A DNA stretch of 64,000 nucleotides from Macrostomum lignano (Eukaryota). The position numbers were made by a program, and so were the translations under genes. This document shows, piece by piece, positions 12,951 to 23,889 of this stretch; the first letter of the stretch is position 1, and each line of letters starts with the position of its first letter. Below the pieces are notes generated by a model, which saw only the letters and a list, made by a program, of their open reading frames with translations, did no database searches and was not told the DNA's origin. Location of the stretch: NCBI GenBank assembly GCA_002269645.1, contig NIVC01000010.1, positions 1,550,001 to 1,614,000 on the forward strand, read 5' to 3'.

Positions 12951-13020
12951 GGAGCTGCTGTCTCCTCTCTGCCTACGCCACTGCGATTACGCAATATGCA
13001 ATTGTGATCAGGTGACCCAC

Positions 13021-13327
13021 CTCGCAGGAAGACGTCGCACGTGCCGATGCTGACCCAGGCGTCAAGGTTGAAAAACGCGTGCAAGTCGAACAGCCGACAA
13101 GCACCGAGCAGCCAGTAGAAGCCGAAACAGTCCGACCTGTGGCTGCAAGCGATACCGCAGCCGATCTCGCTGTCTTCAATTCGCGCGAGAAACTCCGACG
13201 GAGCGACAGCGCTGCCCGTCCTGGCCGCGGTGAACTGTACACCCGGACTGATCACTTCCGCAGCTGTTGCAGTTGTCAAGCAGACAGTAAGCGCGAATTC
13301 AAAGATGCAGTTTCTCCGGCTAGTCAT
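13021..13327 (-). CDS. Lectin exon 1: signal peptide + PAN/Apple-like domain
   Basis: ATG at 13327; hydrophobic leader (CIFEFALTVCLTTATA); CGIACSHRSDCFGFYWLLGAC cysteine spacing; donor CGAG|GTGGGT at 13021/13020, phase 1. Confidence 0.8.
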
Positions 13328-13953
13328 GTCGGAATTCCTGTCCGTAAATTCAGATTATCGAATTCGAATTCAGCTCGGGACTCGGATGAGGAAGAGGATG
13401 CACGAAGAGAATCTAAGCCGAACTAGACTGAACAAAGGCGTGATTAGACTGAGGACAGGTACGAGTATGGCAGTGCTGTCGAGGGTTAGAAAGGACTTGA
13501 GCTAGTTAGGGCATTCAAATATTGGTATCGAAGACTCACCAGTTAGTTTAGTCCTGTATCTTCTATTTTGGGAAATAATTATCCTCACAGACCCAGTATA
13601 GTGTAGGAGAGGCTGCCACCACTTAAATTAATCCTGTTGAAAACGGCTCATTCAATGCGCTTCTGAAATCCCCCACGTTAGGCGACCAATAGCAGGTTGA
13701 TGAAAGCTGATTAATGCACCATGAGCCGTGGACAGCTGAAGCAGCTGAAGGAGCTGGTTTCGCAAATTGTGCCAATTTCGCAGGTTGCTGCACGGCGCTT
13801 TCGCTGCAGAATGCGAGACAGGAAGTCAAGTCTGCAGTTTCTTAATCGAAGAGCGTCGACGCTCAAAAAAAGTTTTGATTCTTTACGGATTTCGCCAAGA
13901 TGTCAAAATTAGACAGATTTCACGGTTACCTGCTAGAATTTTGGCAAGCTTTT

Positions 13954-14360
13954 GCAATGCATGGCTGCTGTTGTCATGGCGCAATGCATATGGCTGCTGT
14001 TGTCATGACGCAATGCATGGCTGCTGTTGTCATGACGCAATGCATATGGCTGCTGTTGTCATGACGCAATGCATGGCTGCTGTTGTCATGACGCAATGCA
14101 TATGGCTGCTGTTGTCATGACGCAATGCATGGCTGCTGTTGTCATGCATCAATGCATATGGCTGCTGTTGTCATGACGCAATGCATGGCTGCTGTTGTCA
14201 TGACGCAATGCATGGCTGCTGTTGTCATGACGCAATGCATGGCTGCTGTTGTCATGACGCAATGCATGGCTGCTGTTGTCATGACGCAATGCATGGCTGC
14301 TGTTGTCATGACGCAATGCATGGCTGCTGTTGTCATGACGCAATGCATATGGCTGCTGTG
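13954..14360. repeat. 27/29-bp minisatellite (GCATGGCTGCTGTTGTCATGACGCAAT)
   Basis: Tandem units read directly. Confidence 0.97.
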
Positions 14361-14721
14361 GTCTGAGGCAACACATGGCAGCAGCTAAAGTGCAAAATTT
14401 CAGCCCTTATCACGGCATAGCAGTACCAGTTTCAGCTAAAGCTTAGAACTGAAGCCCCGAAAAGTAACACAGGCTCGAACAGTACGTGTGTTTTTTGGCG
14501 CCTCTCTAAAAGCAGTTGAAGAAAGGGGCGCCCAAAAACCCTTATTTTGCCGCCCAAGAAAGCGCAGAAGCCCATGCACAAAACGCCGGTCCCTATACGA
14601 GCTCGTTACGTTACCATAAATTTCTCATTATTAATTTTAAATTGTATAGAAGCTGAATCCTTGCAATCCCCCCCCCCCTAGCAACGGGTTCTGCTACACC
14701 ACACACACAACCCCAATAATG

Positions 14722-15290
14722 GCTCCCAGCCATCTTTGGCCAGCTCTCCTGCCTGACGCCACCCCACAGCCGCTAGAGGAGAAATTAAAACGCGTGGTGG
14801 AACAGTTCAGGCCAGTCATGTCAATATGATATTCCCATATGCACTGAAAACATGAGGCTCTACATCATTTCATAGCTTGCTAAACTGGAAAAGGTAATAG
14901 TAGACAGCAACACACACACAACAGGATGCTTGCAGCAATCTGCTTTGGAAATTTGCAGACATAAAGTAATTGAGCTGTGCTTTGCTTGTGCTCCGCGCTA
15001 TGCTCAGTGTCCCTGGCTTGCGCAGCAAGCCAATAGGCCGGATTCGCTGGTTCAGCCCCAAAACCGCGCTAAACTAGCTAGAGCTGGTCGCTAAGGAGAG
15101 GATCCGCTCTAGCTGCCAGCTCGCAGGGCCGTAGCGGAGGATTTTAACGCAGTGGTTGTGTTAACTGCGGCTCTCCCCGATCTACGTACGCTTCAGTCCC
15201 CCACGGCACTACTTTTAGTCCCTTTTCCAGGAGGGATCCGTTGCCAGGGGGGGAGGATCCGCGGCCGCTATGATCGGTGGCATTTTTCAT
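14722..15290. repeat. Dispersed repeat, copy 2 (no SINE insertion)
   Basis: Collinear similarity to 10293-11030. Confidence 0.75.
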
Positions 15291-15809
15291 TAGACATTTA
15301 ATTAAACAATCAAAACCGACTAGAACACAGCCTTGTAAATCACTTGGATTAAATGACTATAACTCCAGCCAATTAAGCGACCCCTGCACGATCCGTTTAA
15401 GCACGCTACTATAGCTTTGCACATCCAGATGACGAACTGTCCAAAGTCTCAAAGGGTGCAGATGACAAAGTGATCACCGAGACTTGTGGACTTCGTCATC
15501 ACTACAACTTATGGATGCTGACCAATTCGGCGATAAACAAATTCAGCGAAAGCAAAACTCGATCGGCAACAATCTAACCAAATTCGCAACAATGAAGGAA
15601 AATAATTATGTAAAATCTTTATTAGTTCTTCCAGCTGTACTCGTACGTTAAATGGTATTAGTCAACACACATTTATAGTTGTACTTTCATCTTTATGACT
15701 GATTTTAAAAAGACAAATAAAGCCAACTAGAAATATTTTATTTTCCGAAAGTACATAGTATTTGTAGATTGCGATGATACACATGTAACCATGGCGAAAA
15801 AACAAAAGC

Positions 15810-15863
15810 TTTATTTTTTACGACGTGTTTCGCTGAACACACAGCATCGTCAGGTAGAATAAA
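15810..15863 (-). ncRNA. Minimal type-I hammerhead ribozyme motif, Penelope-like element (PLE) type
   Basis: The - strand reads UUUUAUUCUAC-CUGACGA-U-GCUG(UGUGUU)CAGC-GAAAC-AC-GUC|GUAAAAAAUAAAG: both core boxes, a 4-bp stem II, a 2-bp stem III, stem I UAC/GUA plus UUUAUU/AAUAAA, and a GUC cleavage triplet ending at 15822. Confidence 0.7.
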
Positions 15864-17620
15864 ATATTTGTGAGAAACAACAGCTGCATGGTAAGAGACG
15901 CAAAATATTTGGAGTTATAGATGTACAAAATATCTAGAATTTTGCGCTCTCACCAATATTTTTTATTCTAAAAGTTTGTCTCTTTAAAAGTTCGGCGTGT
16001 ATACCTGTGTGACGACGTCGTTAGCATCTTAAATTTTTAGTTTCTATCTGAGTTTTTATTACTTAAAATTATTTTAGTTGATTAATTTGCAGGTTCCCCA
16101 GCTAAATATTTTTTTGATAGAAATCTTAGGCTTAAATGAATCGGATTTTCCGCCAATTTAAATTGTTGCCTCGCGCTCGTTTTTGTACTCTCCTCAACTC
16201 GGCGTTTTGTCTCGACCCTGCGTGTCAACACTACTAAAAATTGAACTAGCTAACTTAAATAACTAATAATTAATTAATCGCTAACTATAAATTTCGAACT
16301 CGCTACGTCATACCTGGCGTTCACTTTATGCATTCACGCAGAAATTTGTGTTAAGTGGGAAAAAGATTGAAAAGTTCATTTTCATTGTAAAATCAAGCTT
16401 TTGGTTTTAACCTCGTGATAGCGCATTTTAACAAATCTTAAAGCTTATTGGTTTATTGCTATCAATTTATAGCTAAAACTCTAAAATTTATAAACTTTAA
16501 AGTACTCTAAATTTTTTTGCTCTTTAAGCGTTACATTTTTAATTTGAATTAAAAATAGCAAAAAAATTAATTAATTTTTAAAATTTTATTTTAAAATTAA
16601 AATTATAAATTTAAAATTATTAATTTTTAAAACTAAACATCTAAAAATTAATTTTTAGCTCGCCGGCATGAGTTTATAAAACTTTTTTTTGGCATGCATT
16701 TATTCTATTTGTAATTGCTAATTTTTATTCGGGCGTACAGCCATAATGATTCTGACGATAGATGAGAGGTAGACGGTAAAATACAGATTAAATTGGGGTT
16801 GTGTCAGATTTGGGATCTAACTTCTAAGATCCATATGCATAGGATCAATTACAAAAATTGATAATAACATGAGTAATGAATCATGATCATATGCATCAGA
16901 ATAGGAGGGGGCAGGGAGCCATAGCCCCTGTACTTTTAAAGTGGGGGTATTACTGATAATTGCCTCACCTCCACTTAAAACATTCCAATGCCTTATGCCA
17001 ATAGTAATGCCAATTTGCCAGTGGTTAAATACAATCAAATTTTTAGAAGCAAATTAGGTAGGGCTTATTGATAGTATTATCTATAAAATCCCTTGCCTTA
17101 TTTGCCTTATTAAGATTTTTTAAGCTTCAATAAATTTATATCTAATAATAAAATTGGCAATCCTTCAATTTACGATCACCTTCTATTTTGCCAGTTTTGG
17201 TTTAGAAGCTTTTTGTACAAATAGTTAGGATTGTATGCTATGTTAATTTTTTTTCTATGTATATTTGGCAATTTGCACATATCTTGTTCCTTAAAACCAT
17301 TAAAATGGTATAGTTTAGCTCTTTGGTTTTGAGTCTATTTTATCATTCTTAGCTTACTTACTGTGTAACAAATATTTGTAACAGAGATGATAAAATAGAT
17401 GTATAAAACCAAAGGTGCCATACATTTTTACGATTGTAAGGTATAAGAAATGAAAAGTACAAAAGTACCATCTTTTATAGATGTTGGAAATCAAGATTTG
17501 GACCAAGACAAGATTTGGGACAAAAAAATGAAGTTGAAAAATTTTGAGACAAGACAAGGTAGGATTTAAAAAATTATTGAAAAAAATATACGCCTAATAT
17601 ATCTCATTACAACAAATATA

Positions 17621-18587
17621 ACGAGTATAACTTTGGCCGTCAACTTTTCCGTCAACTTTTCCGTTAACTTTTCCGTTAACTATTCCGTCAACTTTTCCGT
17701 TAACTATTCCGTCAACTTTTCCATCAACTTTTCTGTCAACTTTTCCGTCAACTTTTCCGTTAACTATTCCGTCAACTTTTCCGTCAACTTTTCCGTCAAC
17801 TTTTCCGTTAACTTTTCCGTTAACTATTCCGTCAAGTATTCCGATAAATTTTTCCGTTAACTCTTCCGTCAACATTTCCGTTTACTATTCTGTTAACTTT
17901 TCCGCCAAATATCTCATCACTTTTCCGTTAACTATTTCATCAACATTTATGCAAGTCCGTAAAATATATTCTATCAAATTTTTTGTGTACTCTAAATGGA
18001 AAGTGTTAATTTTTTGCATAAGTGCAGTTTCCGTAGCAATTTTTTATACTGCTTTAAATTTGTTGAGTATATACACATAGTACATGTATAAATTAGAAAT
18101 AAAAAACACACGCAAAAATTTCCAGCGCGACATGTTCCAGAATTTAATTGGTATTGCTGCACTACCTGCACTACAACATCTGCACTTGTTCATTGATTTA
18201 TCTTTGTGAAATAAATGGAAAAGATGTACGTTGTTACTAACGCAGGCTTGTTTTTTCATCGATATATATAAGCATGCAAACACAATAAATGATTAAAGAG
18301 CTACTCGCATGATGATCCTATTTGAGAAAGTCACATAGGTTTTTCAGAACAATAAATTGTTGACGGAAAATTTGACGGAATAACTTGACGGAAAAGTTGA
18401 CGGAAAAGTTGACGGAAAAGTTGACGGAAAAGTTGACGGAAAAGTTGACGGAAAAGTTGATGGAAAAGTTGACGGAAAAGTTAATGGAAAAGTTGACGGA
18501 AAAGTTAACGGAAAAGTTAACAGAAAAGTTGACGGAAAAGTTAACGGAAAAGTTGACGGAAAAGTTGACGGCCAAAGTTATACTCGT
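17621..18587. mobile_element. 967-bp Foldback-like non-autonomous DNA transposon; long TIRs built of 12-bp subrepeats; 8-bp TSD CAAATATA
   Basis: Left end ACGAGTATAACTTTGGCCGTCAAC; right end is its exact reverse complement. (TTTTCCGTCAAC)n at ~17640-17930 is inverted against (GTTGACGGAAAA)n at ~18355-18570. CAAATATA at 17613-17620 and 18588-18595. Confidence 0.9.
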
Positions 18588-20382
18588 CAAATATACCATA
18601 GGATCAGCAGATTCTTTGAGTTTGCTGCTAAATCACTAGTGTTCCATTATAAGGAGGGTCTATGTACCATAGTCATAGCCATAAGCAAAACTATGGCTTA
18701 CTCCAGTTCTCTGTATTCCATAGCCATAGGGACCCCAAAATTATCATATTCCCATAGTTCTCATAGCCATAGCCATAGTTTTAACAAAAAGTCTAAAAAA
18801 CAAAATATTTTGAATTAAGAAAATAACCTAGTGCTTAAACAATTACAAATTAAATTAGAAAATAAAAGAAACACTTAATTGTCTTTGTAAGATTATATTT
18901 TGTCTTTTTTCAAAGCAACAATACTTAGTCATTATTGAAAGTACTAATGCTAAAATTTTTCACATTAATAAAAATTAGAGTTTGCTAGTGTTTTATTGTA
19001 CATTTTTAGGTATATTTTATTCTAGGTTGATAATATAGTTTACTAAAAGTATCTTTGTTTTACTCTACCTGTTTCTAATATTTTTTCAATTTTTAACATT
19101 AATAACTACAACTATGGAAATCTATGGAATGTGATAGCAACTACTATATTTCCTTAGTCGTAGCCATAAGAGCAGCTAGCTACCATAGGCATATCCATAG
19201 CCTAGGCACCTTTTTTACCGTATTTGCTGTAGGATCCCGTAGCTGTAGCTATGGCTATAGCGAAACACTAGAGTTTGCTAGTGTTTTATTGTGCTTTATT
19301 AGGTATATTTTAAAAGTTTCTAAGTTGATAATACAGTTTACTAAAAGTATATTTGTTTTATGGCAGTTGTTATTTGTCCGGTTAAATATATATTACTAGT
19401 ACTATCTACTTGTAAGGAATATGTCTGGTTTTTAACGGCTTCTTTACTCATATCTTGATCAATATATTTTTATACTAGTGTACAACTACATGCGCAATTA
19501 ATTTCACTTAAAATTTAGCTTGCAGGCACATTTGTATTTGCACGATTGTTGAAACTGCTCAATGCTTATCTAGCATTTAGATTAGATAGTAATATCTATC
19601 TCAAAGGTATATGTATATCTCATCTATATTGCATACTATATTGATGCAGATGCCACGATAGTACTCTAATGGCAGTAGCTTTATGGTGTGTCATAGAAAA
19701 CCAATTGGTATAATAATGATAAGTGCAACGTGCGGAATAATTGATCGAAAAGGGTAGGCACATGCGCATGCACCATGTGCATATTGGAACAAGGAGGTAA
19801 TGTAAAATATTACAGATTAAATGTGATGTACATGTACAATCTGAACGTATTTTAATGCTCGACCAGTCAGTTACATTAAAAATATAGATTGAGTCCAATT
19901 ACATATAATGTTACACAATACATTGTACACAATGAAATTATGAAACAATTTGTTATGATTCAATTATTGTGCTTCTTTGGCATGTTAAATTGTTAAAACA
20001 ATTGCAATTAAGATCGCCAACAAATTGTCTTTTACCCTTTTAAACATTCTTGCAGAATATTTGCTTGTAACTTGCTTCGCTAGCTATATATTTTTTTCAA
20101 AGGAATAGGGTGCTGCTATAAGAAAAAATAAAGATGCAAAAATGGAGTCTACAAAAAATAGAATTTGCTAATAATTCTGTTCCTGCTAAAGAGTATATAC
20201 TAATTGTACTTAAAGATACTTAAGACTTAAGATTTGAAGCTTAATTCTTATGTCTAGCCCACGGCAGATACTAAAACTTTGTTTAAGATCTGGACTGTTC
20301 AGTCTAGTTTTTTAATACAAATCTTAGAATTACCTAGATGACATGTTTGCGTTGAAAAAATGATATGGATACCAATTGGTTC

Positions 20383-20540
20383 CTTAATAAACAAAGTTAG
20401 CGTCTGGAAATTCCTCAGAAAAAGCACCTTGTTCAGCGAAATCTTTGTTGGCCATGATGACTTTGGTGCGCTTCCAGCAGGGATTTTTTTCCTTTAGGTG
20501 TCGCGCGGCTTCAGAAATAACCGCACTGGTTTCTGCTTTC
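20383..20540 (-). pseudogene. MULE (ZSWIM-like) transposase fragment
   Basis: The - strand frame AETSAVISEAARHLKEKNPCWKRTKVIMANKDFAEQGAFSEEFPDANFVY* resembles the MULE segment NP.W...(v)imtDkD..E......FP.A...C.FH (from recall); the expected catalytic D reads N and the frame then stops. Confidence 0.55.
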
Positions 20541-22080
20541 TTATTTATAATATAAGAAATAACTTAACTTATACAAAAAGCATATTTTAAGAAATATTTA
20601 AATACTTTTCATATTGACAAATTTATCAATACTAGTCATAACTTTTCCTACTACAAGAAAACTTTTAATTAAATAGTGCAAGTATGGGTTATAATTGATA
20701 ATTTTTTGCATAAAATAAAGAAGCCTTTCTCAAAATAAACATGCACATTGAATGTATACATTTGGCAGATTGGCTTGAATTAAATGTTATGCAATGCTTT
20801 GAGTTGATCAAGAATTGAATTTAGAATACATTAAAACATAAATTCAATACAACTGAGGTACTCAATACCTCACACTTGTACTTAGTACTCACACCACAAT
20901 AGAGAGGAGGGACCCTTGGAGGAGAATTGATCAATAGAGGCTTCTACCTGGGACAAGGCCAAGCATACTAGTGATCACAGGGATAGAGCCAACCAAAGGT
21001 TGGATAAAGACTGACAGGGATAAGGTGAGCAGATCAATCCAAGGACATTCAAAGGTTGAGAATGAATGTAAGCTTGTTGAAGGAACCATATTGTCCATGT
21101 ATGCCAGAACTCCTAAATGCCAACTATAGCCCCTCTAAGGGCAAGATGGTCTGTGCACCATCTAGCAATAAGTATAGAGTGAATGCTAAGGCAGAGGTTA
21201 CATCCCCACTAATAAATATCCATTGTAAAGGCAATAATATAAGGTGGCGCAGAGTGCAGAGTGGGGCACTCCTGTTTTCTAACCTATCTTAGTGTAATTC
21301 TATAGACTTTGAGTTGAATCACTTTGAGTTCCTATCCTTATTTGTCTTCCATTGTGCAGCTCAGAAGAATATGAGTTTGTCAACTAATAAGGTAGACTAG
21401 AATTAAGACAGCCAACTAGCTAAAGTTGTTAGGATAGTTATAGCCACAACTAGTCACGTCTCATCAAGAAAGCAATGAAACAAATGGCTATAGAGGCAAA
21501 CCATATTAGTATACAACATAGGCCTATATTTTAACTTCAATAGGTTTCTTTTCCTTTATTAAAACATATGTTTAATTTTTGTAAAGGATTTCCCTACCTT
21601 TGAACCTCTTTTTACCAACCTCCTAATAGTTGATTTAAATGTATATAAATTTAAGTTAGAAAAATCTAAATTTAAAATCAGAAATAATTCCAAAAACAAT
21701 TTTTGGATTGTGCTAATCACAATGGTAAAATTTTTTTAGCCCCTCTATGCTAAGTTGTTTTTTTAGAACTATTTACTTTTGTAAGTTTTCATTTAAGCAT
21801 CTATTTATAAATTTAATAAAAGCCAAAAATATTGTGAATAAGAACTCTAATAGAGTTTTGCTGTAACCAAATTTTATCTATATCCATATCTATAGCTAAT
21901 AAACTTTCTGTAACTTTGTATAAATTTCTTGCTATAGTTGAAATGTATCATTAGCATTAGGCATTTGACCTCTTGCTATTGGCTATTATATGAAGGGTGG
22001 CCCAGAAGTAGTGTCACTGTTGCTTGCTTCCACAAGTAGCCTTCTTTGCAACCTAGCATTTTTTATGGTCCTGACCTGAA

Positions 22081-22380
22081 CCACAATGTGCATTATAGTG
22101 TCAAAAATGTTAAGCCTGAAGCCCCTGGAGACTGAGCCTGGAGTCTAGAGACTTAAGAACTCTCCTTGTATTGAAAGTGAAAACATTTATCTTAACTTCA
22201 GCCCCTCTTGATTTCAACCCCAATGTGCAAATAGTGTCAAACATTTCTTTGTTGCTTGAGTCCTTGATTCTATGGACTTAAGAGTTCCCCTTGCATTGAA
22301 AGTGAAAATATATTCACCTTAACATTAGCCCTTACTACCCAACCACAATGTGTATATGGCATCAAAACTCGGATTGTTTA
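22081..22380. repeat. Degenerate ~130-bp tandem repeat (~2.3 units)
   Basis: Recurring C(C/A)CAATGTG, GACTTAAGA, TTGAAAGTGAAAA and CTTAAC..AGCCC blocks. Confidence 0.55.
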
Positions 22381-22683
22381 AGTCCCCAACCCCAGGGTCT
22401 CTAGACCCCAGAGCATTCTATAATGAGCATTATATATAGTTTATATATCAATATTTTGTTTTGTCCTCCTATATAATAAAATGAGTTGTCTATCCATCCT
22501 TTCATATGAAATTGATTTTCGAAAAAATGGCTTGACTCAGATTTTCATGAGACTTGCACTGTTCAATCAGAAATTTTCCTGTGGCAGTACATATTAGCTA
22601 AATATTTCTAAATAGTATTTCAATAATTCTTCCATTTTTTACATTTCAGATTTACATTTATATATAAACACCGTCACAAAAAC

Positions 22684-22847
22684 ATGCCATTGATCTTCTA
22701 CCGCAAAATAATACCATTATTTCTCTGCTTGCTATTGCTAACAGTTGCCTTATTTGTTGCCTTCTTTGGGTCAAATTCAATCTATCTTGGCATAGATCAA
22801 GTGGGGTTTTCACACAAGTCGTGGATTTTTCCAGCTGACAGTAGCAA
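22684..22847 (+). CDS. FkbM-family methyltransferase exon 1 (signal anchor)
   Basis: ATG at 22684: MPLIFYRKIIPLFLCLLLLTVALFVAFFGSNS..., i.e. a short basic tail plus one TM helix; donor AA|GTAGGT, phase 2, matches the next acceptor. This exon is too short to appear in the ORF track. Confidence 0.65.
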
Positions 22848-23147
22848 GTAGGTGTTATTTATTGTTAAATTGTTTTTTATTTCATTTTGCAATTTGAATG
22901 AAAATATTTTAGTCTATGACCCAGACCCTATATTATTCCATTTACAACCGTTCCAATACTGTACTCAGACAAGAATTCTGAACATGCTCTCAGGGTGTAC
23001 AGTAGCCCTTGACTTTCTAATCGTCTGGCATGTACGCTCTGTGTGCCTTTGGAGGTTGACCCTCATGACTGTGAATCGTAAACTACTGGCTACCAACAAG
23101 CCCCAAGTGAGTGTATGCTACACATGGAATCCAACCTATGGTTGTAA

Positions 23148-23345
23148 GGGGGGCCGTAGCCCAGCGGTCTAGCGCTGGCTCTGGTGTGCCAGCGGCCCAG
23201 GCTCGATTCCAAGTGCAGTCACATTAATTTGTGGCTGAATTGGAATCTCGGTTTGGCTTTGCTCGTGCAATTAACGGCCTTGAGAGCCAACCCCCCCCCC
23301 CCAAGGCACAGTGAAGTTAGTTAGGGCCGCTGTACACTCCTGTGT
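23148..23345 (+). mobile_element. Second tRNA-headed SINE-like element (in methyltransferase intron 1)
   Basis: GGGGCCGTAGCCCAGCGGTCTAGCGC (A-box region), GGCTCGATTCC (B-box-like), then CCCCAAGGCACAG...GCCGCTGTACAC shared with 31372-31432 and 55090-55150. Confidence 0.55.
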
Positions 23346-23675
23346 GAATGGTTGTACTTGACGCCTCCTGACATGCTAAAATGTCGTTTCAGCTGCCTTC
23401 TCTCCCCCTAGCCTAGTAAAAATAGGGTGTCCTGTAATGTTTCCTTCTAGAGCCATATTCGTTTCTAGATAATGTATAGTTGGGCGTATTTCAGCGCAAT
23501 GCAATTTGCTTTTACACTACTGGTAGTAGTTTTAAGCTGTGGAAATGTCCGGAATGGGTTAGTTAAAGATTTTCGGAACTCATCTGACTGAGTGTGCCAC
23601 TAGAAAATTTATTGCGTAACTTTTTTATTGTCACTAATAAAAGTTGATACTTCCGTTGATTTTAATATCATACAG

Positions 23676-23853
23676 ATCCAACGTCGAGGCAGCGGCGAGC
23701 TGCAAAGCCTACGATGAGTTGCGCAACATCAACTTTCTCAGCGACTCGATTCGGGACAGGATCTGCTCTGGCACCGCTGCTTACGCCATCGTCAATGGCA
23801 GCTTCCCGCTGTGCCGTCTGCGTGACCGGCTGCCAGACGAGATTATGGATCAG
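23676..23853 (+). CDS. FkbM-family methyltransferase exon 2 (stem region)
   Basis: Acceptor ATACAG|A, phase 2; SNVEAAASCKAYDELRNINF...DEIMDQ; donor CAG|GTGAGC, phase 0. Confidence 0.75.
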
Positions 23854-23889
23854 GTGAGCCGTTTGCCATTTTATTCCTCAGTTCTTTCG

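Noticed and set aside
12375-12980. Possible hAT-like MITE (CAGTAACGTTGGTAGG ... CCTACGCCACTG) around the 21-bp array
   Set aside because: The left terminus is too degenerate and there is no exact TSD.
21050-21290. - strand GVPHSALCATLYYCL resembling the LINE RT GVPQGS motif
   Set aside because: No YADD or other RT motifs at the expected spacing; may be chance.
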